Assembly (NCBI GenBank): GCA_964609855.1
Contig: CAZSTB010000001.1
Location: 27,854 to 91,853, forward strand
Direction: 5' to 3'
Length of the DNA stretch: 64,000 nucleotides
Origin: an uncultured Bdellovibrionales bacterium
GTDB lineage: Bacteria > Patescibacteriota > Minisyncoccia > Moranbacterales > GWC2-37-73
Shown here piece after piece: positions 29,061-38,814 of the stretch. The first letter of the stretch is position 1. Each line of letters opens with the position of its first letter. Below the pieces are notes generated by a model. The model searched no databases. It had not been told where the DNA came from and saw only the letters and a list, made by a program, of their open reading frames with translations. A program made the position numbers and the translations under genes.

Positions 29061-29501
29061 TTATTTAAAAAGTTGTATAAATATCATTGTTAAAGCCAAG
29101 CCTGCACTAGCGCCAACAACTACTTCACTGACCTTGTGACCCATTCTCTCTTTTAAACGAGGAAACTGCTTTTCATTTATATTTAGTTGACCGATGAGCA
29201 TGTTGAGATATTTACCCTGATCTCCAAGTGTCATTCTTAGTCTGGTAGCATCGTCAATGATCAAGAACGCAAGTGCGGTTGCAACTGCGAATGAACCGGT
29301 GTGAATACCCTCATAAAAACCTATGCTTGTTAGCAGCGAAACAGCAAATGCTGTATGCGCCGAAGGCATGTGTCCGTGAGTGAAAGCATAGCGAATATCC
29401 CAACCATGCTTCATGCTGTAGAGAACAAATTTTATTCCCTGCACAATGATACCGACAAATATCGGAATTAAGAACACGGCGTAAGGGGCAATATTTTTCA
29501 T
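29061..29501 (-). CDS. divergent PAP2-family membrane protein (DUF212 / acid phosphatase-vanadium haloperoxidase-related)
   Basis: HGHMPSAHTA motif (GMPSSHSA-type signature of divergent PAP2) and overall TM topology. Confidence 0.8.
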   Translation of the reverse strand: MKNIAPYAVFLIPIFVGIIVQGIKFVLYSMKHGWDIRYAFTHGHMPSAHTAFAVSLLTSIGFYEGIHTGSFAVATALAFLIIDDATRLRMTLGDQGKYLNMLIGQLNINEKQFPRLKERMGHKVSEVVVGASAGLALTMIFIQLFK

Positions 29502-29697
29502 TTGTTTTGCGTATTATTGTTTAATGCTTACATTATAGCATAAAATGCATTGTTTCTCTTGGAATAAAATAAGTGAAGCATGGATTTGCATGAATTAATT
29601 TGAACAAGGAGCGTTTTTTATGTATAATAAATAAAGGTAATTTAAATTATCTGCGGATCGCAGTAAAATCGTTTACGGCGCTTGAGCGGAAAAAAAT

Positions 29698-30240
29698 ATG
29701 TTCATAGGAATAATTGTGGTAGGCGTTTTAGCGCTATTGTTTATTGGAATGTACAATGGATTGGTAACCTCAAAAAATCGTGTTGATGAGGCATGGAGCG
29801 ACATCGATGTTCAGCTAAAAAGGAGGTATGATTTGATTCCTAATCTTATAAATACTGTAAAGGGGTACGCTACGCATGAAAAAAATTTACTGGAGGAAAT
29901 AACAGCTGCCAGAACAGCTGCAATGGGCGCGCAGTCTCCTGGTCAAAAGGAGCAGGCAGAAAACATGCTCAGTGGAACATTGAAATCATTGTTTGCAGTC
30001 AGTGAAAATTATCCAGATTTGAAAGCTAATCAGAATTTTTTAGAGCTTCAAAGAGAACTTGCTGACACTGAGGATAAGATTCAATCATCCAGGCGCTTTT
30101 ATAATGGAAATGTTAGGGACTTCAATACTAAAATTGAAACTTTTCCAACAAATATTTTCGCCAAGATGTTAAATTTTACAAAAAGAGCTTTTTTTGCTGC
30201 TGATGAAGTCGAAAAAGAGAATGTAAACGTGCAATTCTAA
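29698..30240 (+). CDS. lemA: LemA family membrane protein
   Basis: N-terminal TM followed by NRVDEAWSDIDVQLKRRYDLIPNLI, the LemA signature. Confidence 0.85.
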   Translation: MFIGIIVVGVLALLFIGMYNGLVTSKNRVDEAWSDIDVQLKRRYDLIPNLINTVKGYATHEKNLLEEITAARTAAMGAQSPGQKEQAENMLSGTLKSLFAVSENYPDLKANQNFLELQRELADTEDKIQSSRRFYNGNVRDFNTKIETFPTNIFAKMLNFTKRAFFAADEVEKENVNVQF

Positions 30241-30251
30241 GCTCCTATCTC

Positions 30252-30911
30252 ATGCTTGAACACAATGAGTCAAAAACTGGTGTAAATATCATTACTGCGG
30301 CGGTTATTACGTTAACCGGGCTGATTGTTTTAGCTGTAACATATTCCGTCTATATTTTTATAGATCTTACACATGTCTCAACTGCTGCCAATGTGCATGT
30401 TACGAAGAATTTGTTTTTGGCTGGTAAGCGAGCGCAAGGAAAACTGTATAGCAATGAAAGCAAGGGAATATCTGACTGGGTTGTTTATAGTGATAAAAAT
30501 ATTGGGTTTGAATTAAAATATCCAAATGAATTTAGGTTCCAAGACAGTGCTGATTGCGGGCATTTGTTGATTATAAAAAAATTTAACAAAGTTTCTGGAA
30601 ATGGCAGTGATTCTCTTTCCATGGCTATTTATTTGGATATAAGGGATATTCCAGACAATCAATCCTTAAGGCAGACACTGGAAAAGGCTGGAGTAGCTTG
30701 GAATGAGTCATGGAGACAGCAAGAGTTTGGTGGTAGGGCAGGAATTAGAACTGGAGAAAGAACTGATAGTTCTGGTGTAATAAAAGATACAGTGTATTGG
30801 CAATTTAATGGCAAAGTTTTTTCTTTGGAGGGGGATTTTTATAATATGAAATCGGCTGAGAATGAAAAAATATTTGATGAAATTTTATCTGAATTCAAAT
30901 TTATTATCTAG
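30252..30911 (+). CDS. hypothetical membrane-anchored protein (219 aa)
   Basis: Single N-terminal TM. Sits between LemA and HtpX on the same strand. Confidence 0.5.
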   Translation: MLEHNESKTGVNIITAAVITLTGLIVLAVTYSVYIFIDLTHVSTAANVHVTKNLFLAGKRAQGKLYSNESKGISDWVVYSDKNIGFELKYPNEFRFQDSADCGHLLIIKKFNKVSGNGSDSLSMAIYLDIRDIPDNQSLRQTLEKAGVAWNESWRQQEFGGRAGIRTGERTDSSGVIKDTVYWQFNGKVFSLEGDFYNMKSAENEKIFDEILSEFKFII

Positions 30912-30924
30912 CGAAGTCGAGAGC

Positions 30925-30993
30925 AAATTGAAAAGTACTCTTTTCAATTTACCTGCCCACTGCCGATCTATCGGTAGGTAGGGCAGACAGGTC
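30925..30993. repeat. perfect 11-bp-stem hairpin (aaattgaaaag/cttttcaattt) followed by a GC-rich imperfect palindrome related to the 29008 element
   Basis: 30925-30950 hairpin. 30951-30993 acctgcccactgccgatctatcggtaggtagggcagacaggtc. Confidence 0.4.
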
Positions 30994-31037
30994 TTAGAGG
31001 CTTATTCGCGCTTGTCCTGAAGCATTAATCCTTTTAT

Positions 31038-31934
31038 TTGATAGCTATGGCAACACTATATACACAAGCTGACAAAAATAGACGCCTGACCTGGGTTTAT
31101 ATTGCGGGTTTTTTGATTTTCGTTATTGGTATTGGATATTTTTTCTCTCAAATCATGGGCAATCGAGTCATTTTATATGGTGCTGTGCTTTTTTCAACGA
31201 TTATGAGCTTCGGTTCATATTGGTGGAGTGATAAGATTGTTCTGAAGATGAGTGATGCGAGTGAGGTGACTCGCGAAAATGCTAAGGAGTTATACCAGCT
31301 TGTGGAAAACCTGTGCATAACTGCTGGATTACCCTTACCTAAGATCTATATCATCCAAGATAGCGCACCAAACGCTTTTGCAACTGGTCGCGATCCGGAG
31401 CATGGCGTCATTTGTGTAACAACTGGAATTTTAGAAAAATTGGAAAAAATAGAACTTGAGGGTGTTTTAGCTCATGAGCTTTCACATATTGGTAACAGGG
31501 ATATTCTGCTTTCAACGGTGGTGGTTATCTTAGTGGGATTCATTGCCTTATTGGCTGATTGGTTTCAGCACTGGGCATTCTGGGGAAGATCCGATGATGA
31601 CGGAGACAACTCAAATCCATTGTTTATCGTTTTGGGTATCGTGTTGTCTTTGCTAGCACCACTGGCTGCAATGTTGATCCAGTTGGCAATTTCAAGAAAG
31701 CGTGAATATCTTGCAGATGCTTCCGCTGCATTGCTTACAAGGCATCCAGAAGGCCTTGCCAGCGCACTTGAAAAGATATCAGGAGACCAAGAGCCACTTG
31801 AAGTTGCAAATCGCGCCACCGCGCATTTGTATATAGCTAACCCTTTTAAGGGAAAGAATATTGCTAAACTTTTTTCAACTCATCCACCGATTGAGGAGCG
31901 TGTTGCAAGATTAAGGGGAGTAGATACAAACTAG
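31038..31934 (+). CDS. htpX: M48-family zinc metalloprotease HtpX
   Basis: HELSHIGNRD (HExxH) zinc-binding motif, multi-TM topology, downstream Glu. TTG 31038 or ATG 31047 start. Confidence 0.85.
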   Translation: MIAMATLYTQADKNRRLTWVYIAGFLIFVIGIGYFFSQIMGNRVILYGAVLFSTIMSFGSYWWSDKIVLKMSDASEVTRENAKELYQLVENLCITAGLPLPKIYIIQDSAPNAFATGRDPEHGVICVTTGILEKLEKIELEGVLAHELSHIGNRDILLSTVVVILVGFIALLADWFQHWAFWGRSDDDGDNSNPLFIVLGIVLSLLAPLAAMLIQLAISRKREYLADASAALLTRHPEGLASALEKISGDQEPLEVANRATAHLYIANPFKGKNIAKLFSTHPPIEERVARLRGVDTN

Positions 31935-32086
31935 CTTTTAGCTTCGTTAGCTTTTAGCTTTTCAGGAAAATCCATTGCATAAAAGCCAACGACCATAGTC
32001 AATGGCTTTATGTTTGGATATTTAGAAGTTTGAAGTTAAAATAGCCTAAGAAGCTAAAAGCTAATGCCTAAAAAGCTGTTAATGCT

Positions 32087-32665
32087 ATGCAATGGAAAAC
32101 ACCAAAAAATACCGACAAATATCAATGGACTGCGCATGTGAGTGAAAAGATGCATTATTATGGACTCAGTGAACAGAAAGTTTTGGGCGTAATCCGCAAT
32201 CCCCAAAGAATTGAAACAGGTATTGTGGAAAATACGGTGGCGGTGATGATTCCTGTTGGTAACACTCAAAAAATATTGAAACCTAGATGGGGCAGACCCG
32301 CGCCAGTCTTCGCTTCCGCTAAAGCTTCAACGAAACAACTTTCTTCTGAAAGGGAAAGCTCCTCTTCCTCTAAAGCTCCGGCGGACACATGGAATCAGGA
32401 AATATGGGTAATGTATCAGCTTCGAGGGAAAGGACCGTTTGCAGCTAAAAATGACATGATTTCAGCAAAAGATGAAGAAGCAATGCAAAAGCTGGAAGCT
32501 CAATATACTAAGTTTGGTACGAGCGAGCAAGCTAAAAAGCTAATGAAGCTAATGCCTAAGAAACTAATCATCATTTCTGCTTGGCGATATCCAGGCGTAA
32601 GTCCTAAAAATAATCCTATTCCTGAAGAAATTTTGAGAGAAATTGAAGAAACAATTCATATTTAA
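32087..32665 (+). CDS. hypothetical protein (192 aa); contains repeat-derived sequence
   Basis: ORF start is embedded in an inverted repeat (atgcaatgga) and the 3' part carries a copy of an intergenic agctaatgcctaa motif. Coding status uncertain. Confidence 0.35.
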   Translation: MQWKTPKNTDKYQWTAHVSEKMHYYGLSEQKVLGVIRNPQRIETGIVENTVAVMIPVGNTQKILKPRWGRPAPVFASAKASTKQLSSERESSSSSKAPADTWNQEIWVMYQLRGKGPFAAKNDMISAKDEEAMQKLEAQYTKFGTSEQAKKLMKLMPKKLIIISAWRYPGVSPKNNPIPEEILREIEETIHI

Positions 32666-32817
32666 TTCAACATCGCGATGCGATATTTTTTTATAATACT
32701 CAAGGTGAGCCTCTACGGCTCACCTTTGTTTTTCTTGCAATTTTTTAACATGTCTATAACTAACATTTATGATATAATTAAAATAAATAAAACTTAGCAT
32801 TAAAATAAAAAGTTCTT

Positions 32818-33405
32818 ATGGAGAAAAAACAAATTATCTTGATAATTATTATTGGTGTCGTCTTATTGCTAGGAGTATCTGCGGCAACTTATTTTTATTT
32901 TGATGTGCATGAAGCTTCACTATCAAATGCAATAAACAATGGAAGCGGTGGCGATGTTGCAATGGAAAAACCATTGTACAATGGAAAGGTTGAATCAACC
33001 CCAGCAGGTGATTCTTATAGTGACGAGCGCGGAACTTGGCAGCGATCAGGGGCGGGTACGACATTTGAGAGTGGTGGGGATGGAAATGTGAAAAAATGGA
33101 GTGTTAATAGTGGAACCAGATCGATCGATGGTATTGACGGAGAGTGGGAAATGACGGATTCCGTCGTTTCCTATGATGGTCCGTATGGATCCTATAGTGA
33201 TACTGGCTCTACAGTTTCTTTTGATTCAGGAAATATTCATCTCGAATCAACAGGAAGTGTTACTTCTGTGGAAAATTCAAGTGGAAGCAGTACTGAAACA
33301 GATTCTGTAAAATCTTCAACAGGAATCAAGGGCTCTTTTACGCAAACAGACTCAATAAAATCTTACAGCAATAGTGAAGATGATTGGGCAGACATTGATG
33401 AATAA
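32818..33405 (+). CDS. secreted Ser/Thr/Gly/Asp-rich low-complexity protein (195 aa)
   Basis: Signal anchor then S/T/G/D-rich repeats. Confidence 0.45.
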   Translation: MEKKQIILIIIIGVVLLLGVSAATYFYFDVHEASLSNAINNGSGGDVAMEKPLYNGKVESTPAGDSYSDERGTWQRSGAGTTFESGGDGNVKKWSVNSGTRSIDGIDGEWEMTDSVVSYDGPYGSYSDTGSTVSFDSGNIHLESTGSVTSVENSSGSSTETDSVKSSTGIKGSFTQTDSIKSYSNSEDDWADIDE

Positions 33406-33445
33406 GATTCAATAATCTAACTATTCAAAATTACTTCAATAATCT

Positions 33446-34555
33446 ATGAAAAAAGCAATTTTTATAAGCACAGCAATATTTGGGTCATTTGGTTTATATT
33501 TTTCGGTTGTTTTTTTATCTCCAGTAAATGTAAAAGATGACAGTCTAAGTAGCATTGTTCCTTTTGTAAGTGCGAGCGAAAATACTTGTAAAATGGAATT
33601 TGATAATCTTTTGCAGAGCGTTAAGAGAGACTTTTCCAATTGTTCCGTGAATCCATTGCAAGAAACAACCGCAAAGACACAGGAAAAACCAAAGAAAAAA
33701 AATAACATGGTTTTAATTTTCGATTCTTCTGGATCGATGGCTCCGAAAATCGGTGGAATTTCAAAACTAGATCAGGCAAAATCTGCGGCGAGGAAATTTT
33801 TGCAAGATATGGATGCAAAAGATTTGAATTTAAGTATTGTGGCATATGGACACAAGGGTTCAAATAGCACCAGGGACAAGGCTATTTCTTGTAGTGGAAT
33901 CGAAGAAGTTTATTATATGGGATCAATTAATGCTAAAGTTGCACAAGCAAAATTGGATATCTTCAAACCAACTGGTTGGACTCCGATAGCGGATTCCCTT
34001 AAGAAAGCAGAAACTATTTTGAACAAATATCCTAAAGAGCAGAATAATAATTCGATACTCCTGCTTTCTGATGGAGAAGAAACATGTGGAGGCGATCCTA
34101 TTGAAACAGCTCGGAGATTGAAAGAATCCGGACTTAATGTGCATGTAAATGTTATTGGATTTGATGTGGTTGGTATGGAAGAAAAGCAGCTTCAAGCGAT
34201 TGCGAATGCTGGAGGTGGGGAATATTTTAGTGCGAAAAAACAAGAAGATATTGAGAAAGCATTTCAAAAACACGAAGACCTCATCGCAAAATTTGATAAT
34301 GATATTTCAATGACAAAGCAAACACTTGGAGATATCACAAAAATAGGTAATACTTTTGCTAGTTGCCTTTTGAATCTGGAAGAAGAAAAAGCAAATCTTA
34401 TTTTAGATATGTATGCACAAAAGAAAATTTCTACAAAATGCCAAAATTTTGTAGAACGAGAATATCAAAAGCGATATGAAAATACATATGAACAACTCAA
34501 GAAACCTTTTCATGAAGCAATGCGAAAGGTTCAACAAAATGAAGTTATGCGCTAG
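33446..34555 (+). CDS. secreted von Willebrand factor type A (VWA) domain protein
   Basis: Signal peptide. MIDAS motif in VLIFDSSGSM, and LLSDGEETCGGDPIE...VIGFDV typical of VWA. Confidence 0.75.
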   Translation: MKKAIFISTAIFGSFGLYFSVVFLSPVNVKDDSLSSIVPFVSASENTCKMEFDNLLQSVKRDFSNCSVNPLQETTAKTQEKPKKKNNMVLIFDSSGSMAPKIGGISKLDQAKSAARKFLQDMDAKDLNLSIVAYGHKGSNSTRDKAISCSGIEEVYYMGSINAKVAQAKLDIFKPTGWTPIADSLKKAETILNKYPKEQNNNSILLLSDGEETCGGDPIETARRLKESGLNVHVNVIGFDVVGMEEKQLQAIANAGGGEYFSAKKQEDIEKAFQKHEDLIAKFDNDISMTKQTLGDITKIGNTFASCLLNLEEEKANLILDMYAQKKISTKCQNFVEREYQKRYENTYEQLKKPFHEAMRKVQQNEVMR

Positions 34556-34625
34556 ATGTGGATTGTTAAATATCAATAAATTTGATATAATTCCAATATA
34601 AATAAGATTATAAATTTGAAATCAG

Positions 34626-34952
34626 ATGCTAAAAAAGACGACATTATTTTTCATGGGGATAATCTGGTTTTTGATGCCAGCCTTGGCTCTGGCTGGTAAT
34701 TCTCAAGTCAAAACTGCCGGTGCGATTACAGGCGGTATATTCATTCTTTTTTTTCTGATTGTTGTTGCTGTTGTTGCTACCACCATTTTTTGGATCTTGA
34801 TGCTGGTGCATGCCGCTACCAAAGAAGTTGAAAACAAAGCGCTATGGCTCATTATCATAGTTTTCCTAGGCTTTATAGGAGCTATTGTGTATTATTTCGC
34901 CATAAAGCGCCCAATGGATGAAGCCATAAATTCTACTGCGCAGGCTAAATAA
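34626..34952 (+). CDS. small membrane protein, PLDc_N-like (108 aa)
   Basis: Two TM helices with LWLIIIVFLGFIGAIVYYFAIKR resembling the PLD-nuclease N-terminal membrane domain. Confidence 0.45.
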   Translation: MLKKTTLFFMGIIWFLMPALALAGNSQVKTAGAITGGIFILFFLIVVAVVATTIFWILMLVHAATKEVENKALWLIIIVFLGFIGAIVYYFAIKRPMDEAINSTAQAK

Positions 34953-34974
34953 TTTAATTTTTAAGAATAAAAAA

Positions 34975-35346
34975 ATGAGAAAAATTATTGCTTGCTCGTT
35001 TGTATTATTGGCATCAGTTTTATTATCCGGCTGTTCGCTTCAGGATTTTGCTGATTCAAAGGTTAAAATTGATGAAAGTGGAATCGATATTCAAAGCGAT
35101 AAAGGTTCTGTGAAGATAGATGAAAAGGGAATTGATGCAGGATTAAATGGTGGACAAAAATCGAGCAGAGAAAAAGATCCAGCTTCTTCGACAAATGAAA
35201 AGTATACGGCACCAATTGATGTTTCGATGCTAGATGGCGACACAACCAAGGTCGATGCTGATGGAACGATAAATGTAAAAACGGGAAACACTGAAATCAA
35301 AACAAATCCTAATGGCTCTGTAACTATAGATGGCGTAACTTATTAA
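34975..35346 (+). CDS. lipoprotein (123 aa), hypothetical
   Basis: Signal peptide ending in LSGCS lipobox. Confidence 0.55.
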   Translation: MRKIIACSFVLLASVLLSGCSLQDFADSKVKIDESGIDIQSDKGSVKIDEKGIDAGLNGGQKSSREKDPASSTNEKYTAPIDVSMLDGDTTKVDADGTINVKTGNTEIKTNPNGSVTIDGVTY

Positions 35347-35363
35347 TAAATAAATTTAATACA

Positions 35364-35741
35364 ATGGAAGAAAATACACAAAATCAGCAAGAACAACAAA
35401 ACGTTAATGCCACTCCAGACGGTCAAAACGATGATGTTCAAAAAAACAAGCCAATCGCAATCATCGGGTATATTTTGCCGTTCTTATTTTTTGTGCCGCT
35501 CATAAGTGAAGCAAAAAACAGTAAGTTTGCAATGTTTCATGCTAATCAACAACTGATTTTACTGATAGCTGCCGTAGCGGTTAATGTGGTTGGCACGTTA
35601 ATTCCCATTTTAGGCTGGTTCATAATCCTGCCGTTTGGGACTATCTTCCTTTTTGTTATCGCAATTTTAGGCATAATTAATGCAGCCAAGGGAGAAATGA
35701 AGAAATTACCGCTAATTGGAGATTTTCAAATTTTGAAATAA
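35364..35741 (+). CDS. DUF4870-like small membrane protein
   Basis: Gln/Asn-rich N-terminus then two TM helices with AMFHANQQLILL motif. Confidence 0.45.
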   Translation: MEENTQNQQEQQNVNATPDGQNDDVQKNKPIAIIGYILPFLFFVPLISEAKNSKFAMFHANQQLILLIAAVAVNVVGTLIPILGWFIILPFGTIFLFVIAILGIINAAKGEMKKLPLIGDFQILK

Positions 35742-35842
35742 CTCTCCGGTAAATAGAAAACAGGCTCCTTTCTTTAGGTTGCCTGTTTTTGATTAATGTG
35801 GCAGTATTATTAGAGGATTCCTATTAAATTAACGTTAATATT

Positions 35843-37285
35843 ATGAAAAAAACAAAGATCGTAGCAACATTAGGATTAGTTTCTGATAGTCGTGAGGTGC
35901 TGAAAAAACTGATTGAAAACGGCATGAATGTGGCACGTTTGAATTTTTCTCACGGTTCTCATGAATGGCATGGCAACATCATTAAGCTTATCAGAGAGCT
36001 GTCTGCTGAAATGAATGTTACGGTTGGAATTTTGGCTGATCTTCAGGGTCCTAGAATTCGCACGGTGGTAGATCAACCTGTTCAGATGATGCCAGGGGAA
36101 AGAATTCTTGTTAGTGATGTTTTTTATGCGCCAGATTTGAATTTCCCACTCAAGGATGAAAAATTTGCTCAAGATAAAAGATTTTCACTTGATGTGGAAA
36201 AAATTATTGACGATGTGGAAATTGGAAATGAAATTCTCATCGAAGACGGACTGATGAAAGTCGTGGTAATAGAAAAGATTGACGGAGTACTCGTTACCGA
36301 GGTTATGGATGGAGGAACAGTGAAAAACCACAAGGGAGTGAACATCCCTGATGCGAAACTCAAAATCAGCCCAATTACGGAAAAGGATGAAAAAGACTTA
36401 GCTTTCGTTTTGGGAATGGACGTGGATTTTGTTGCGATGTCATTTGTGAGCAGCGGCGAAAACATTGAGGACCTAAGAGGAAAAATGAAAACTATCCTGA
36501 GACGCGAAGACAGTCTTCCTCAAATTATTGCTAAAATTGAACGCAAGGAAGCCATTAAAAATCTCGATGATATCATTGAACACACTGATGCCGTCATGGT
36601 AGCCAGAGGCGACCTAGGGATTGAAATTGAGGGAACGATGGTTGCGATTTTGCAAAAAGAAATCGTTAAAAAAAGTTTGCAAGCAATGAAACCGGTTATC
36701 GTGGCAACGCAAATGCTTGATTCTATGATTGAAAATCCGCGTCCAACCCGCGCAGAAGTGAGCGACGTAACCAATGCAGTTGTTGATCATGCCGATGCAG
36801 TCATGCTTTCAGGAGAATCCGCAAGCGGAAAATATCCGGTTGAAAGTGTTCGCACAATGCGCGAAATTATTGAAAACACTGAAAAATCATCCTTTGACGA
36901 TGTAACTCATTTGTTGGAATTGAATGGAGATGACGATTTTAAAAAACTCGTGAAGAGCGCTTTTGATTTAGCGAAGACAAGCAGTGCTAAAGCAATCGTG
37001 CTGGCAAGTTCTTCCGGTTTCACAGCAAGACTGATGTCGCATTTCCGCAGCGAAAAACCGCTGTTTGTAGTTACGAACAATAAAAAAACATTCAACCAAT
37101 TAGCTTTGGTTTGGGGAGCGCAAGGTTTTTATACTGAAGAAAAAGAATTATTCAGCGCAATTGAAAAAATGATTGAACATAGAAAAGAAAGTAGCGAGCT
37201 GCAAACCGGTGATACGGTAATTATGGTTCTTGGTAGTATTCCCGCAGGACCTAGGATGCAGATGGTTGGCGTTAAGATGGTTTAG
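35843..37285 (+). CDS. pyk: pyruvate kinase
   Basis: KIVATLG...NFSHGSHEWH N-terminal motif, MVARGDLGIEI active site region, C-terminal allosteric domain. Confidence 0.92.
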   Translation: MKKTKIVATLGLVSDSREVLKKLIENGMNVARLNFSHGSHEWHGNIIKLIRELSAEMNVTVGILADLQGPRIRTVVDQPVQMMPGERILVSDVFYAPDLNFPLKDEKFAQDKRFSLDVEKIIDDVEIGNEILIEDGLMKVVVIEKIDGVLVTEVMDGGTVKNHKGVNIPDAKLKISPITEKDEKDLAFVLGMDVDFVAMSFVSSGENIEDLRGKMKTILRREDSLPQIIAKIERKEAIKNLDDIIEHTDAVMVARGDLGIEIEGTMVAILQKEIVKKSLQAMKPVIVATQMLDSMIENPRPTRAEVSDVTNAVVDHADAVMLSGESASGKYPVESVRTMREIIENTEKSSFDDVTHLLELNGDDDFKKLVKSAFDLAKTSSAKAIVLASSSGFTARLMSHFRSEKPLFVVTNNKKTFNQLALVWGAQGFYTEEKELFSAIEKMIEHRKESSELQTGDTVIMVLGSIPAGPRMQMVGVKMV

Positions 37286-37297
37286 AAATTACAATTG

Positions 37298-37317
37298 CAT
37301 GGCCTTTGGCCATGTTT
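37298..37317 (+). terminator. hairpin terminator after pyk (catggcc-ttt-ggccatg + tttgg)
   Basis: 7-bp perfect stem immediately before tRNA-Ser. Confidence 0.45.
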
Positions 37318-37406
37318 GGAGAGGTCGCATAGTGGTCGAGTGCACCACCTTGGAAAGGTGGCATACTGTCAAAGGTATCGGAGGTTCGAATCCTCTCCTC
37401 TCCGCC
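37318..37406 (+). tRNA. tRNA-Ser (anticodon GGA), class II with long variable arm
   Basis: Acceptor GGAGAGG/CCTCTCC. Anticodon stem CCACC/GGTGG with loop TTGGAAA. T-arm GGAGG-TTCGAAT-CCTCT. 18-nt variable arm. Discriminator G. Confidence 0.85.
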
Positions 37407-37538
37407 TTCGCCTCGCTATAGCTCGGCTTCGGCGTGACGCAGTCCGCCTAAGACGAGCGAAAGCGGGATTCACTACGCTGAAGCATGACTACGGCGTAAC
37501 AAAGTCTGCCAGTGGTTATGTGAAAGCTAAATTTAATT

Positions 37539-37778
37539 ATGTATTACGTCTATAGTTTGAAGTGCAAAGATGGTTTTTATATTGGATGCACGGACAATCT
37601 TAAAGAAAGATTTGAAAGACATCAAAAAGGATATGTTACGGCGACGAAGAATCGTTTGCCTATCAATTTGAATTTTTATTTTGCAATAGATGATAAATAT
37701 AAGGCATTTGAGTTTGAGAAATATTTAAAATCAGGATCGGGCAGAGCCTTCACTCTAAAACATTTTTATTTAAAATGA
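37539..37778 (+). CDS. small GIY-YIG nuclease superfamily protein (YhbQ/UPF0213-like)
   Basis: YYVYSLKCKDGFYIGCTDNLKERFERHQKG matches the GIY-(x10)-YIG motif with the conserved Arg and Glu. Confidence 0.7.
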   Translation: MYYVYSLKCKDGFYIGCTDNLKERFERHQKGYVTATKNRLPINLNFYFAIDDKYKAFEFEKYLKSGSGRAFTLKHFYLK

Positions 37779-38140
37779 ATTACGTATTAAATGTAATTGA
37801 ATATATTTTTCTGGAACATTTAGATGCAACATCTTTTGTTTTAAGCATTCTTTCTATTCTTATTGGATACTGGTTCTGGAAAAATCCTTTATCGACTGAA
37901 ATAATTAAAAAAAGATGCTTTACGGATAAGAATGGTGATATTAGATTTATATCAGGTATTAATCACAAGGGCTGGATTGTTAAAAGATTTGATACGGAAT
38001 TGTCCAATAAACTTGATGATGCAAATATTAAAACGGGTCCAATTGAAGAGTATGCCAGTAGGAAAAACAATAAGAAAGTCAAAAGTCCGCCATCAACATT
38101 TGAGGAATTAGAAAAATTAAACTACAGTGAAGACTTATGA
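37775..38140 (+). CDS. hypothetical protein (121 aa) with N-terminal TM segment
   Basis: ORF overlaps neighbours by 4 nt on both sides (operon-like). Confidence 0.4.
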   Translation: MNYVLNVIEYIFLEHLDATSFVLSILSILIGYWFWKNPLSTEIIKKRCFTDKNGDIRFISGINHKGWIVKRFDTELSNKLDDANIKTGPIEEYASRKNNKKVKSPPSTFEELEKLNYSEDL

Positions 38141-38814
38141 AAACAGTTTTAATTACCGGAGCTAGTCGTGGAATTGGAAAGGCAACTGCGGAAAAATTTT
38201 TGACAGAAGGTTGGAAAGTAATTGGAACCTCAACAAGTGGAAAGGCAGATTTTCAACATGAGAATTTGCAGATTTTGAAACTAGACTTAGGCAAGGAGGA
38301 GAGTATTAAAAATGTTGCAGATGAAATAATTTCCAAAGGAGAAAAAATTGATGTTCTTGTTAATAATGCAGGCGTTTCTCTGGATCCTTTTGATGTTGGC
38401 GTGAACTTGGAAAAGGTTCGCAAAACATTTGAAGTCAATCTTTTCGGGCTCATCGATTTCACGGAAAAACTTTTGTCTGTAATCAAAGAAAATGGACACG
38501 TAATAAATATGGATTCCCGTTACGGTTCATTTGCTATGCCGATCGACGATGACACATCAATTGGTTATCGCATGAGTAAGGCTGCCTTGAATATGTACAC
38601 ACGCTTTCTGGCTTTTCGTCTTAAAGCAAGAAGTATTTGTGTTTCCTCTCTTCATCCCGGTTGGACAAATACTGATATGGGTAATGATGCCGCTACTGAA
38701 ACAGAGAGGCCAGACACTGAACCAGAAGAAGCTGCTGGCGACATCTTTAAGCTTGCAACTAGCAATGTTGAAACAGGACAGTTTTGGTTTAAGGGAGAAA
38801 AAATGGATTGGTAG
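38137..38814 (+). CDS. SDR-family short-chain dehydrogenase/reductase
   Basis: TGASRGIGKA Rossmann motif, NNAG, and catalytic YxxxK (YRMSK). Confidence 0.85.
   Translation: MKTVLITGASRGIGKATAEKFLTEGWKVIGTSTSGKADFQHENLQILKLDLGKEESIKNVADEIISKGEKIDVLVNNAGVSLDPFDVGVNLEKVRKTFEVNLFGLIDFTEKLLSVIKENGHVINMDSRYGSFAMPIDDDTSIGYRMSKAALNMYTRFLAFRLKARSICVSSLHPGWTNTDMGNDAATETERPDTEPEEAAGDIFKLATSNVETGQFWFKGEKMDW

Noticed and set aside
37230-37555. ORFs 37230..37421 and 37295..37555 (63 and 86 aa)
   Set aside because: They run straight through tRNA-Ser and the GC-rich spacer. Arg-rich translations are typical of GC-rich non-coding sequence.
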